NCBI GenBank assembly: GCA_963842525.1
Contig: CAWJGT010000009.1
Coordinates: 512,001 to 576,000 of the forward strand
From: an uncultured Holophagales bacterium
Lineage (GTDB): Bacteria > Acidobacteriota > Thermoanaerobaculia > Multivoradales > UBA5704
Direction: 5' to 3'
Length of the DNA stretch: 64,000 bases
Shown in pieces: positions 43,270 through 53,079 of this stretch (within the stretch, counting starts at the first letter, position 1; each line of letters begins with the position of its first letter). A model generated the notes under the pieces. That model made no database searches. It had not been told where the DNA came from and saw only the letters and a list, made by a program, of their open reading frames with translations. A program made the translations under genes and the position numbers.

Positions 43270-44238
43270 ATGACCAAAAGCTTCGACGTCTTCCTGAGCC
43301 ACAACAGCAAGGACAAGCCCGCCGTCCGCGAGCTTGCCGAGGCGCTTCGTGCCCGGGGCCTGAAAGTGTGGCTGGACGAGTGGGAACTGGTCCCGGGCCG
43401 CCCCTGGCAGGAAGCGCTGGAAGAGGTCGTCGAGACTACCCGGTCTTCGGCCGTGCTGGTCGGCAAGGACGGTCTTGGTCCCTGGCAAGACGCAGAGATG
43501 CGAAGCTGTCTCACTGAGTTCGTGGCCAGCAACCTGCCCGTGATCCCCGTGCTCCTGCCTGATGCTCCTTCCGAGCCTAGGTTGCCTCTTTTCCTGAGGC
43601 GGTTCACATGGGTCGATCTGCGAGGTGGGCTGACCGAGGAGGGGCTCGACCGACTCCAGTGGGGAGTTACCGGCAATCGACCCGATCGGTCGAAGCTTCC
43701 AGTGCTTCCTACTGTGCCCCCAGAAGTGGCGGTAGCTGCGGCGGAGGCGCAACCGGCATCTGCGGCGCCACCTGAGCGCGCCCGCAACAAAGTAGGGCTC
43801 CCAACCGAACTCTCTCAAAAGGGCTGGGTCCGCCTTGGGCACGAGGATAAGGCCTATGTTTTCATCAGCTATTCGCATGTGGACAAGAACCATGCTGCCG
43901 AGCTGGCTCGGCGACTCGAAAGGGCTAGAATTCAGTACTTCCTCGACATAGAGGAGTCTATTGCTCTTGGAACTAGACTTGACACAATAGTTAGAGAATC
44001 TCTAGACAACGCGAGCCATATGGTTGTTCTGATTTCGCCGGCAATGGCACAGTCCGCATGGGTACCGTATGAGATGGGGTATGCTCGGGCCAAAGAAATC
44101 ATCGTGATACCGTATCTGCTGCATGGCGACATGTCAGTCCCTGCGTTCATTGCTAATCATCGGTATGTAAGGGAGGAAGATATAGACGCTCTGATCAATA
44201 TGTTGAAGGGATATCGTAGAACGGTTAGCTCTGGATAG
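43270..44238 (+). CDS. Tandem TIR-TIR protein
   Basis: FDVFLSHNSKDK...GPWQDAEM and YVFISYSHVD...SAWVPYEMGYA. Confidence 0.85.
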   Translation: MTKSFDVFLSHNSKDKPAVRELAEALRARGLKVWLDEWELVPGRPWQEALEEVVETTRSSAVLVGKDGLGPWQDAEMRSCLTEFVASNLPVIPVLLPDAPSEPRLPLFLRRFTWVDLRGGLTEEGLDRLQWGVTGNRPDRSKLPVLPTVPPEVAVAAAEAQPASAAPPERARNKVGLPTELSQKGWVRLGHEDKAYVFISYSHVDKNHAAELARRLERARIQYFLDIEESIALGTRLDTIVRESLDNASHMVVLISPAMAQSAWVPYEMGYARAKEIIVIPYLLHGDMSVPAFIANHRYVREEDIDALINMLKGYRRTVSSG

Positions 44239-44569
44239 ACCCTTCTGCTTGCTCCACCTCTTCCCGCTTCTCTTCCTCTTCCCGCCCCCTGAACCACCAA
44301 AAAAGACCGCCGGCCATCGGCCGCTTCCGGTTCAATCGGCCCGCTGGGTCAGCCTCGACACGACACCCTCGCCCCTGCCCCCGCCCACCCTCCTCCCCGT
44401 GCGGCTCTGTGTGGCCCCAGGCTCCTGGGCCATGCCACGGGCCAGCCACCGAAACGTCCTAAGTATCTGTACTGTAGTGAGTTACGCGATGCCCAGGGAC
44501 AGAATTGCACTGCCGACACCGTGATTTTCAGTCCGATGCCCTGCTCCGGTGGCAGCCGGTTGCGGGGCA

Positions 44570-44835
44570 TTTACCGGTCTTTACCGGCATTTACCGGGTT
44601 TCACCGGGGATTCATGAGGGAGGCCCGGCAACCGCGGCATTTCGGCGTGCACGGTCCGAGATAGCGACAAACCGTCGGAGTTAGCCGTGAACAGGACGAG
44701 TTAACCACTAACTCGACGAGTTAACGGCTATCTCGACCGAGTTAACCGTTAACCGGGCTGGATAGCGGTAAACAGGACGAGTTAACGGCTATCCGCGGCC
44801 GTTTAGCCGCTAACGGGACGAGATAGCGGTGAAAC
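44570..44835. repeat. Degenerate short tandem repeats (10 bp and ~20-21 bp units)
   Basis: ttaccgg-type unit x4, then recurring gacgagttaac-type units. Confidence 0.65.
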
Positions 44836-44905
44836 GGCGGGGCTCAGCTTCACCTGGGCCCTGCGGCCCTGAAACAGGGCGCTCCCTGCTCTCGTAGGAG
44901 CACGC

Positions 44906-45598
44906 ATGACCGTCAACTCTGCACCGCCGCTGGCGCGCTGGCGCCAGAGCCCCTGGCTGGCGGTCGTTGAGGTCGCGCTCGCTGTCGCGGTGATCGTCGC
45001 GGACCGCTACGGCCTGGTGCCTCTCAGCAATACGCCGTTTCTTCTCATCCTGGGCTGGATCTCGCTGCGGCTCCGCGGCCTGCGGTGGCGCGACGTCGGC
45101 TTCGTCCGGCCGCGCAGTTGGCTGCGGACGCTCGCGATCGGAAGCGCTGCCGGCATCGGCCTGGAGCTGCTCGCGCTCTCGGTCACCGAGCCTCTGTTTG
45201 CCCGGCTCGTGGGGACGCATCCAGACCTTTCGGACTTCCGGCCGCTGGTGGGGAACCTCGGGCTCCTGTTCGTGTTCCTGGTGCCGATGTGGCTGCTGGC
45301 GGCCTTCGGCGAGGAGATGGTCTACCGGGGGTACCTGATGAACCGCGTCGCCGGCCTCAGCCAGGGCAGGCGGGAGGCCTGGCTCCTGAGCCTGATCGTG
45401 GTCAGCGCCTTCTTCGGATGGGCTCACGGGGAGAGCCAGGGGATCACCGGCATGCTGCAGGAGGGATTCGCAGGACTGCTCCTGGGCCTCCTCTATCTTG
45501 GCTGCGGCCGCACGCTGGCCGTGCCTATCGTCGCTCACGGGGTCTCGAACACGCTGGCGTTCGTGCTGATCTACCTCGACCGCTATCCCGGCGTGTGA
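44906..45598 (+). CDS. CPBP (CAAX/Abi) intramembrane protease
   Basis: GEEMVYRG, FGWAH, AHGVSN. Confidence 0.9.
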   Translation: MTVNSAPPLARWRQSPWLAVVEVALAVAVIVADRYGLVPLSNTPFLLILGWISLRLRGLRWRDVGFVRPRSWLRTLAIGSAAGIGLELLALSVTEPLFARLVGTHPDLSDFRPLVGNLGLLFVFLVPMWLLAAFGEEMVYRGYLMNRVAGLSQGRREAWLLSLIVVSAFFGWAHGESQGITGMLQEGFAGLLLGLLYLGCGRTLAVPIVAHGVSNTLAFVLIYLDRYPGV

Positions 45599-45607
45599 AG
45601 GCCGCTG

Positions 45608-46210
45608 TCAAGCGAACAGAGAGTTGATGTACATCCGGTGGAATAGAGCGACTGTAGGGCTGCGATCTCCATGCATCGCCGCAGCGGAGGCGCGGTCGTA
45701 TCCGCCTCCCGGCCTCGGGCGAATGCGCAGAAAGGGCGGCAGGCCATAGCGCATTGCAATACTGTTCACCCAAAGCCGAGCGGTACGTCCGTTGCCGTTG
45801 GCGAAGGGGTGAATGCGAACCCACTCGGCATGAGCCCAGGCGCACAGAGTAATGATCGCGGCCAGATTGTCACCCGTCAGATCCTGACCTGGCTTAATCA
45901 GATGATCCAACTCAGCGATGGCCAGCCGGACCTTTCGATCGAATTCAGCCAGCTCAGCCGGCACTTCGGGTGCCCGGACACCGGGGATATCGCCGACTCT
46001 GACGTTGTAGTTCTCGAGCCCGGCCTCGCCTCGAAATCTTCCCACCAGCTTCGGATCTGGCGGAACAAGCCCCTGCATGATTTCGAGCTGCCAGCCGCGA
46101 GCGGCCTCGATCGTCAGCGGCTCCCGGCGTAGAGCTTCGTCTCGGACCCTGCCAAATACCCTGGCGAGATTGCTGCGCAGCTGGGGCGTGTCGTCGTCCC
46201 AGTTAACCAT
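45608..46210 (-). CDS. Fic-domain toxin
   Basis: HPFANGNGRTAR. Confidence 0.9.
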   Translation of the reverse strand: MVNWDDDTPQLRSNLARVFGRVRDEALRREPLTIEAARGWQLEIMQGLVPPDPKLVGRFRGEAGLENYNVRVGDIPGVRAPEVPAELAEFDRKVRLAIAELDHLIKPGQDLTGDNLAAIITLCAWAHAEWVRIHPFANGNGRTARLWVNSIAMRYGLPPFLRIRPRPGGGYDRASAAAMHGDRSPTVALFHRMYINSLFA

Positions 46211-46526
46211 CGAGCAGTTCGAGAATCCTCGTTTGAGCGGGGCCGATGTCCATCTGCCCTTCTGCCGGGTCCTCCTTTAGCGAGGCCTCCGCATCGACGT
46301 AATCTGCAATCGCTCGCTCGAAGTTGGGATCGCTTTTGCGGTAGGCACGCAAAGCTTCAAGGGTCGCTTCGAGGTCCATCTCGACCTCTCTGCTGCGTCT
46401 TGCGACGAAGTCACGGACCGCCTCGTTGACGAGCTGGTTCAGCGGCCGGCCCAATACTTTGCTCAGTGTGAATAGGCCAGCCTGAACGACGGGGTCGATC
46501 CTGTAGGTGGTGGCTTTCCTGGTCAT
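46203..46526 (-). CDS. RHH-like putative antitoxin of the Fic toxin
   Basis: ATTYRIDP..Q..L..LS....RPLNQLVNEAV; overlaps the fic start. Confidence 0.72.
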   Translation of the reverse strand: MTRKATTYRIDPVVQAGLFTLSKVLGRPLNQLVNEAVRDFVARRSREVEMDLEATLEALRAYRKSDPNFERAIADYVDAEASLKEDPAEGQMDIGPAQTRILELLDG

Positions 46527-46558
46527 CTGTGTAGCATAGTGCCGACCAGTCTGTGATG

Positions 46559-48394
46559 TCAATTTTGTGTTTTGACGCCAGCCTGCGTCTGTGGCCGCCG
46601 CAGAAGGACGGCAACCCTCTGGCCGACCGGCGGCGCCTGGATGCGGCGGGTGCGGACCCCGTCGTAGGAGAGCAGCCAGACCTGCGGGTCGTCGAGGTTG
46701 CGCGGGAAGCGGACGGTGATCACGGTGGGATTGCCGTCGCGGACCTCCTCCACCCAGACCGTGAGGCCGCGCTTCTCGAACCGCTCTCCTGCATGGAAAT
46801 CAGGGTTCCGGCGCACGAGCGCAGCCATGGCGCGGGAGAAATAGCCGCTGAAGAACCCCTGGGTGGACCGCAGGCGGATCGTCGACGGACCCAGCCGCGT
46901 CATCTCGTAGTCGACGGCCTGGAAGAGGACTGGAATGTAGTCCCGCACGAGCCGCCGTTCGATCCGGTAGTCCCGGTACGGCAGGAAGAGGCTCGACCAG
47001 GCGCCGGGGGAGCTGAGGAGGTAGACATCGGCCGCCTCCCGGCCCTCCGGCCAGTCGACCGACTGCCGCCACTGCTCGCGGGTCTCGAGAAAGGCGACCC
47101 GCTGGAAGGATTGCGTGGAGAAGAGGGTCTCGAACGGCGTCCTGACCCCGTGGATCACCACGATCAGCGCCACCGCGGTCCACAGGCCCGCGCGCCGCCA
47201 CCCGCCGGGCGGGTTCGTGCGCAGCCGTCGCACGGTCCCGGCCACGAAGGAGGCCAGGACCAGGGAGACCGCGGCAGACGGGAAGAGCAGCTTGTAGCTG
47301 AAGGGCAGGACGATGCAGAGGAACACCATCGAGCCGAGCGCCGCGGCAGCCACGTAGCGTTGGAGAGGGCGCTTCCAGACGTACGGCACCAGCCCCGGTA
47401 GGAGGGCGAAGGCGAGCAGCATCCCAACCGACGGCAACGGGCCCGGCGTCATGTGCGAGCTCTCGGGGGGAATCGGCGTCAGCGCCCCCATGACGTACGC
47501 GGACAGCCGTTCGGGGATAGCGCGCAGGAATTCGACCGGCCGGTCGAAAGGGCTCAGGTACCAGCTCGATCCGGCCGTGCCGTAGCCGGCGGCCGTGTAA
47601 AAGACGGCAAAGCCGAGGAGCAGAGCCACCAGCGGAGCACTGTACAGGAGCCGACTCCCCATCCTGTCCCGGGCCAGGAAAGCCTCCCAGGCCGCGATCC
47701 AGAAGATCATGGAAAAGGCTGTCTCTCCAGCGAGGAGAGCCAGGGCCAGGCAGGCGACCGCGAGCAGCAGGTGCCAGACCCCTCCACGCTGCCGAAAACG
47801 GTCGTAGAAGACCAGGCTCGTCACCGAGAGCAGCGCACTGAGCAGCTCATGCCGGGCCGCGATCCAGGCGATGGCTGCCACGTGGCCCTCGTCGAAGACG
47901 AAGAAGAGGCCGGCTAGCAGGAGGGCCAAGCGGTGGTCGGGCGTGTCGGGGAGCAGCCTCCGATGGAGCACCAGGACGGCCGCCACGAGCAGCAGCCAGA
48001 GCACGAGATTGACGATGTGGTAACCGAGGGGGCCCGAGCTGGCCAGCCGGTGGTTGAGGAGGAGCGTCCAGCCGGTGAGGGGCCGGAAGAACCGGATCTT
48101 CAGGTCGGGGTCTTTGAACCAGGGCAGCGCGTAGGGGGAACCGGCGCGGAGGTATCCCGGGCCCGAGGGCGCCGGGATGCCGGCATCGAGCGACCAGAAG
48201 TCCAGGCAGAGCTCCAGCGTCCCCCGGTTGTCCACGCCGCGGGCATGGACGTCCAGGAGCGTCTGGTGCCACAGGTCGTCGGCATAGAAGCCCACCCGCA
48301 GGCTGGGCAGGAAGAGCAGGAAGGCTGCCGCGAGGCAGACCAGGATGTAGTGACGCAGAGCAGCCCGGTAGAGGCGACGGAGGAGGGACACCAT
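46559..48394 (-). CDS. Polytopic membrane protein, GT-C glycosyltransferase-like
   Basis: GFYADD, FFRPL, YHIVNL, WIAAR motifs. Confidence 0.7.
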   Translation of the reverse strand: MVSLLRRLYRAALRHYILVCLAAAFLLFLPSLRVGFYADDLWHQTLLDVHARGVDNRGTLELCLDFWSLDAGIPAPSGPGYLRAGSPYALPWFKDPDLKIRFFRPLTGWTLLLNHRLASSGPLGYHIVNLVLWLLLVAAVLVLHRRLLPDTPDHRLALLLAGLFFVFDEGHVAAIAWIAARHELLSALLSVTSLVFYDRFRQRGGVWHLLLAVACLALALLAGETAFSMIFWIAAWEAFLARDRMGSRLLYSAPLVALLLGFAVFYTAAGYGTAGSSWYLSPFDRPVEFLRAIPERLSAYVMGALTPIPPESSHMTPGPLPSVGMLLAFALLPGLVPYVWKRPLQRYVAAAALGSMVFLCIVLPFSYKLLFPSAAVSLVLASFVAGTVRRLRTNPPGGWRRAGLWTAVALIVVIHGVRTPFETLFSTQSFQRVAFLETREQWRQSVDWPEGREAADVYLLSSPGAWSSLFLPYRDYRIERRLVRDYIPVLFQAVDYEMTRLGPSTIRLRSTQGFFSGYFSRAMAALVRRNPDFHAGERFEKRGLTVWVEEVRDGNPTVITVRFPRNLDDPQVWLLSYDGVRTRRIQAPPVGQRVAVLLRRPQTQAGVKTQN

Positions 48395-48443
48395 GAAAGG
48401 CCGGGGCTCTGCGCGATCGAGATAGGTCGAAGCCCTAGTGAGC

Positions 48444-48773
48444 TCACTGGAGCTTGCTTTGCGTCTTCGAACGATTGCCGGCGGCTCGAGACTTCGTCTG
48501 CGCCGACTGCTGCGTCCTGAGCTTCGCTGGGATGAGCGTGATCAGCGAACGGAGGGCCCTGTTCACCGACTCTGCATCTGGAAAATATTTGCGCACGTCG
48601 GGTTCGAGGAGGACCATTCCCTCTCGCGGCTTCACCTCTTTCACAACAGTCGTACCGTCCTCCCGATGGACCGTTATCGTATAGCCCGCCTGCATTGCCT
48701 GGTAATGCTTACCGCGCACGCCCCCAGAGAAGTCGTATTCGGCGCGCAGATCCTTGTCTTCCACGTCATCCAC
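48444..48773 (-). CDS. Orphan BrnA-like antitoxin
   Basis: LRAEYDFSGGVRGKHY, LEPDV...FPDAESVNRALR; no toxin gene upstream. Confidence 0.65.
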   Translation of the reverse strand: MDDVEDKDLRAEYDFSGGVRGKHYQAMQAGYTITVHREDGTTVVKEVKPREGMVLLEPDVRKYFPDAESVNRALRSLITLIPAKLRTQQSAQTKSRAAGNRSKTQSKLQ

Positions 48774-48799
48774 CCCGTCATGCTACCGCCAAGATGCCT

Positions 48800-50359
48800 T
48801 CACCGGAACATCCGGAACCACCACTCGAACGCTTTTTTCACACCGGGAGTGAGCTTACCCCGGCGCCAGGTGTCCGCGGCCTTCTTCACGGCCTCTCCCT
48901 GGGTGGGGTAGGGATGGATCACGCTCGCGATCCTGCCCAGGCCGATGCCGTGGGTGGCCGCCAGGCAGAGCTCGCCCAGCATGTCTCCCGCGTGCTCGGC
49001 GACCAGCGTGGCGCCGAGGATCTTGTCGCCTCCCTTCTGCAGGTGGACGCGCAGGAAACCTTCATCGGCGCCGTCGAGAATCGCGCGATCGACCGTCGAG
49101 AGCGGCACGGTGAGGGTCTCGACCTCGAGGCCCTTCTCCTTCGCGTCCTTCTCATAGAGGCCGACATGGGCGACCTCCGGGCTGGTGTAGGTGCACCAGG
49201 GGATGGTCAAGGCGCTCGCCTTCGACCGGCCGAAGAAGAGGGCGTTCTGGATCACGATCCGCGCCTGGGCGTCCGCGGTGTGGGTGAACTGGAAGCGCGA
49301 GGCCACGTCGCCGCAGGCATAGATCCTCTTGCTGCTGGTGCGCAGCCGGTCGTCCACCTCGACGCCCTTCGGGTTGTACCTCACCCCCGCGGCCTCGAGC
49401 CCGAGGCCTTCGACGTTGGGCGCCCGGCCCACGGCGATCAGGATGCGGTCTACCGCGACCTCGTGGCGCTGGCCGCCGGACTCGAAGACCACGACCCGCT
49501 CCGCCCCGCGGCTCCGCACCTCGACGACCTGAGCGTGGAATTCGAGCTGGACGCCGTCGCGCAGCAGGGCCTTCTGGACGATCCCGGCGGCGTCGGTGTC
49601 CTCGCGCGGCAGCACATGGGCGTCCTTGTCGAGCAGCGTGACTCGGCTGCCGAAGCGGGCGAAGGCCTGCGCCAGCTCGCAGCCGATCGGACCGCCTCCG
49701 AGCACCGCGAGCCGCGGCGGCAGCTCGGTGAGGTTGAAGACCGTCTCGTTGGTGAGGTAGCCCGCCTCGGCGAGGCCGGGGATCGGCGGCACCGCGGCGC
49801 GCGCCCCGGTCGCGACCACCGCGCGGCGGAAGCGCAGGCGCCGGCCGTCCACCTCGACCGTCCCGGGATCGACGAAGCGCCCCTCGCCCAGGAAGACATC
49901 GACTCCCAGGCTGCGGAACCGGGCAGCACTGTCGTGCACGCTGATGCCGGCCCGCAGCCGGCGCATCCGCTCCATGACGAGGCCGAAGTCGCCACGGCTC
50001 CCGTCATTCCCGTCACTCCGGCCGTCCACGGCCGGCCCACCGAAGCGCTCGCGGGCTTCGCGCGCATCGTGCCACGCCCGGGCCGCGCGGATCACCCCTT
50101 TCGACGGGACGCAACCGACGTTCAGACAGTCGCCGCCCATCAGGTGCCGCTCGATCAGGGCCACCTTCGCACCGAGCCCCGCCGCTCCCGCGGCCGAGAC
50201 CAGGCCCGCGGTCCCGGCGCCGATCACGACGAGGTGATAGCGCCCGGCCGGCTCGGGGTTGACCCAGTCCGGGGGATGGACGTTGGCGAGGAGCTTCCGG
50301 TTGTGGTCGTCGAGAGGCTCGACAGGGGAGGGGATATGCGCCAGAGCAGGCTCGGTCAT
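48800..50359 (-). CDS. Flavoprotein disulfide oxidoreductase (mercuric-reductase-like/LPD family)
   Basis: GAGTAG, GGDCLNVGCVPSK, GGGPIGCE, HPYPT..E. Confidence 0.9.
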   Translation of the reverse strand: MTEPALAHIPSPVEPLDDHNRKLLANVHPPDWVNPEPAGRYHLVVIGAGTAGLVSAAGAAGLGAKVALIERHLMGGDCLNVGCVPSKGVIRAARAWHDAREARERFGGPAVDGRSDGNDGSRGDFGLVMERMRRLRAGISVHDSAARFRSLGVDVFLGEGRFVDPGTVEVDGRRLRFRRAVVATGARAAVPPIPGLAEAGYLTNETVFNLTELPPRLAVLGGGPIGCELAQAFARFGSRVTLLDKDAHVLPREDTDAAGIVQKALLRDGVQLEFHAQVVEVRSRGAERVVVFESGGQRHEVAVDRILIAVGRAPNVEGLGLEAAGVRYNPKGVEVDDRLRTSSKRIYACGDVASRFQFTHTADAQARIVIQNALFFGRSKASALTIPWCTYTSPEVAHVGLYEKDAKEKGLEVETLTVPLSTVDRAILDGADEGFLRVHLQKGGDKILGATLVAEHAGDMLGELCLAATHGIGLGRIASVIHPYPTQGEAVKKAADTWRRGKLTPGVKKAFEWWFRMFR

Positions 50360-51144
50360 GAGCGGTCCTCTGAAGTCTCCGGCTCGCCGATCTGCTGGCG
50401 CAACGCCCGGCCCGCGAGGCGGGTGATGAAGGCGGTGACCACCACGGTCGCGGCCAGCCCCACGCCGAGGGTGATCCAGTACCCGGTGCCCCGCCCGGTC
50501 TGGGCGCCGCCGGCGACCGCGGCCAGGCTGCCGGCGGCCTTGCCGTAGTAGACGTAGAGCAGCGTGCCGGGGAGCATGGCGATCGAGGCGAGGAGGTAGT
50601 CGAGGAAGCGGACCCGCGTCAGCCCCAGCGAGTAGTTGAGGAGGTTGAAGGGGAAGACGGGGGACAGCCGCAGCAGCGCGACGATCTTGAACCCCTCCCG
50701 GCCGACCGCCCGGTCGATGGCCGCGAACTTCGGATTGCCGGCGATCCTGTGCTCGATGCGCTCGCGGGCCAGATAGCGCGCCACCAGGAAGGCGGCGGAG
50801 GCGCCGAGGGTGGCGCCCAGCAGGGTGTAGACCGTCCCTCGCACGAGGCCGAAGATGGCCCCGGCCGCCAGCGTGAGCAGCGAGCCCGGGATGAATGCCA
50901 CCGTGGCCACGGCATACCCCAGCACGAAGACCACTGGTCCCCAGACGCCGAGCCCCTCCACCCAGGCGGCGAACCGGGGAACGTACTGGCCCGCCTGGCG
51001 GCCGGCGAAGATCAGGGCAACCACGCCCGCGACGACGGCGAGGTAGATGGCAAAGCGTTTCCACCTCGGCCTGGAAGCGTTCTTCGAGGCGGCGGTGGCG
51101 GTCGTGGTGTCCACGTCGGCGGCTCCTGTCAGGATCTCGGACAT
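50356..51144 (-). CDS. TVP38/TMEM64 (VTT/DedA) membrane protein
   Basis: PGSLLTLAAGAIFG, LRLSPVFPFNLLNY. Confidence 0.9.
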   Translation of the reverse strand: MSEILTGAADVDTTTATAASKNASRPRWKRFAIYLAVVAGVVALIFAGRQAGQYVPRFAAWVEGLGVWGPVVFVLGYAVATVAFIPGSLLTLAAGAIFGLVRGTVYTLLGATLGASAAFLVARYLARERIEHRIAGNPKFAAIDRAVGREGFKIVALLRLSPVFPFNLLNYSLGLTRVRFLDYLLASIAMLPGTLLYVYYGKAAGSLAAVAGGAQTGRGTGYWITLGVGLAATVVVTAFITRLAGRALRQQIGEPETSEDRS

Positions 51145-51207
51145 GGGACCGGCCAACACCGGCCCGCAGGATCTACGTCCGCGCCGGCCTGAATGGATGG
51201 GGCGGGC

Positions 51208-51549
51208 CTATGCCGCGGCCCAGAGCGCGACGGCGAGGAGGACGCCGCCCATCCCCACGAGCATGGCCCCGATCGAGGCCAGGTTCCCCCACCAGGTCCC
51301 CTCCTTGGCTGTCTTGCCGAGCAACATCAGGCCGCCGCAGGAGACGGCGAGATGGGCGAAGACGAAGAGCGGTGTCAGGCCGGCGGGGAAGGGCGCCCCC
51401 GGCGGCTTGGTCTGGACGACGGCGAGGTTGGCGCCGGTGAGGACGAGGCCCAGCACCAGGGCCCCGATTGCGAACCAGTCCCACCGGGCCGGGCGCGGCA
51501 GCGCGATCTTCGGCAGCTTGAACGAAGGCATCTTCTTTACGGCCTCCAT
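51208..51549 (-). CDS. Small membrane hypothetical protein
   Basis: Three hydrophobic segments. Confidence 0.55.
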   Translation of the reverse strand: MEAVKKMPSFKLPKIALPRPARWDWFAIGALVLGLVLTGANLAVVQTKPPGAPFPAGLTPLFVFAHLAVSCGGLMLLGKTAKEGTWWGNLASIGAMLVGMGGVLLAVALWAAA

Positions 51550-51771
51550 GGCGGACCCCCCCAATTGAGCTCCAAAGGCGGCGGAATCGTAGCACAGCCG
51601 CCCGCCCCGCTCGGGGTGAGTCGGCGTCATCCTGGTCTGTGAATGCCTTTCTGCCAAGGGTCTTCAGGTGTAGACTCGGACCATCCAAACAGGCTGGCGA
51701 TTGGCGGGCACTCCAGAGGCGCCGCCTGCCGCCTGCCTGGCTGCGTTGCGCGCGGCCACTTGGAGCCTGAA

Positions 51772-53079
51772 ATGAGCAAGGACCGATTTGGCAGCCCAAA
51801 ACATCCGGCGTTTGCGCGGCATGCGCCATCCCTGCCTTCGCGGCATCCGGCGCCCCATGTCCAGGCAGCTCTCGCTTCGAGCGTGCAGCCCAAAACGGCT
51901 TCGCCGCCATCCGCGACCCGTGCGCCGGCTCCGCACGTCCAGGCAGCGCTCCGGGCCACCCGGCCGGAGCGGGCGAGCGCCGTTGGGGCGGTTCCCCAGG
52001 CGGCTCTCGCTTCGAGCCTACAGCCCAAAACGGCTTCGCCGCCATCCGCGACCCGTGCGCCGGCTCCGCACGTCCAGGCAGCGCTCCAGGCTACCCGGCC
52101 GGAGCGGGCGAGCGCCGTGATTTCGCGGGCGGTTCCGGGGACGCCGCCAAGGCCCATGGCCCCCCACGTCCAGGCAGCCGTCGGCGCCGCCCAGGCGAAG
52201 GAATCGGCCTCGCGGCTCAAAGCATCCCAACGCAAGCCTCCTGCCGATCCCCGACCGGCCCCTTGTCGACCCGGCGCAGTCCAGCGTGCTTCCCTCACGA
52301 CCTATCAAAAACTCTACAGCAACGAGCAACCCGAGTATCCAGCCCTGCGCTTCCACAAGAATAGGGACTGGAAGAAAGCGCTGGAGGAAGAAGGCGAGTT
52401 CAGAGGGGACGCCTATGCGCTCCGCGACCCGGACTACGATCCGCTCCTGCGGCATCCCTTAGGGAAGCATGTGCTCGAATCCCGTCGGATGGGTCCTTGG
52501 TTTCCCCACGAGGATTACGGAGAGCACGGAGGCTACAACGCGTCGCTGGCAGCCACGGTCGAGAGGGCAATCCACCGCAGCATCATGGAACACTCCGAGA
52601 ACCTTCATGTGCAAGGAAGAACCGTGGCCGATCTGGTGCAACAGCTCCTGGATTCGGGCCCCCTTCTCGTCGTGGACGTCGGCAGTTCCGCGGGGAACGA
52701 GCGCTACAACAGCCCGACGATGGGGCATAAAAGCTTCGGCAAGGTCGGCAAGCAGGTCTTCAAAGCGAAACAAGTGCTCACGGACATTCCCCTGATCACG
52801 GAGGCCGTGTTGGAGAATCTGCAAGACATGATGTCCGTCACATTGGACAATGAGAGCCTGCCCAAGGTGCGTGAGATCCTGATCGGAGAAGCCCTGAGGA
52901 ACGTCAGCAACTTTCTGGAGACCCGATACGGGCTTCCGAACACCAAGCCTCGTCTCCAGCAGATTCCACAGCAGGTCAATAACTCCAATGTCGCCCTCCA
53001 CTTCGAGTACGACGAGAGCTTGTTGGACGACCTCCTCGATGACGATGAGGTCCCGGGCTATCTCCAGGACTGGGTCTAG
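51772..53079 (+). CDS. Hypothetical protein: APHVQAA-repeat N-terminus, VQR motif, unknown C-terminal domain
   Basis: Four APHVQAA motifs; composition switches after GAVQR. Confidence 0.7.
   Translation: MSKDRFGSPKHPAFARHAPSLPSRHPAPHVQAALASSVQPKTASPPSATRAPAPHVQAALRATRPERASAVGAVPQAALASSLQPKTASPPSATRAPAPHVQAALQATRPERASAVISRAVPGTPPRPMAPHVQAAVGAAQAKESASRLKASQRKPPADPRPAPCRPGAVQRASLTTYQKLYSNEQPEYPALRFHKNRDWKKALEEEGEFRGDAYALRDPDYDPLLRHPLGKHVLESRRMGPWFPHEDYGEHGGYNASLAATVERAIHRSIMEHSENLHVQGRTVADLVQQLLDSGPLLVVDVGSSAGNERYNSPTMGHKSFGKVGKQVFKAKQVLTDIPLITEAVLENLQDMMSVTLDNESLPKVREILIGEALRNVSNFLETRYGLPNTKPRLQQIPQQVNNSNVALHFEYDESLLDDLLDDDEVPGYLQDWV
51862..52118 (+). repeat. 135 bp in-frame tandem duplication
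   Basis: Units begin at 51862 and 51997. Confidence 0.9.

Noticed and set aside
44670-44835. CRISPR array or integron attC sites
   Set aside because: Units are short, degenerate and contiguous without spacers; no cas or intI gene in the window
48800-50359. Mercury resistance merA
   Set aside because: No C-terminal Cys-Cys pair and no mer operon genes; it has the HPYPT..E motif of general disulfide reductases
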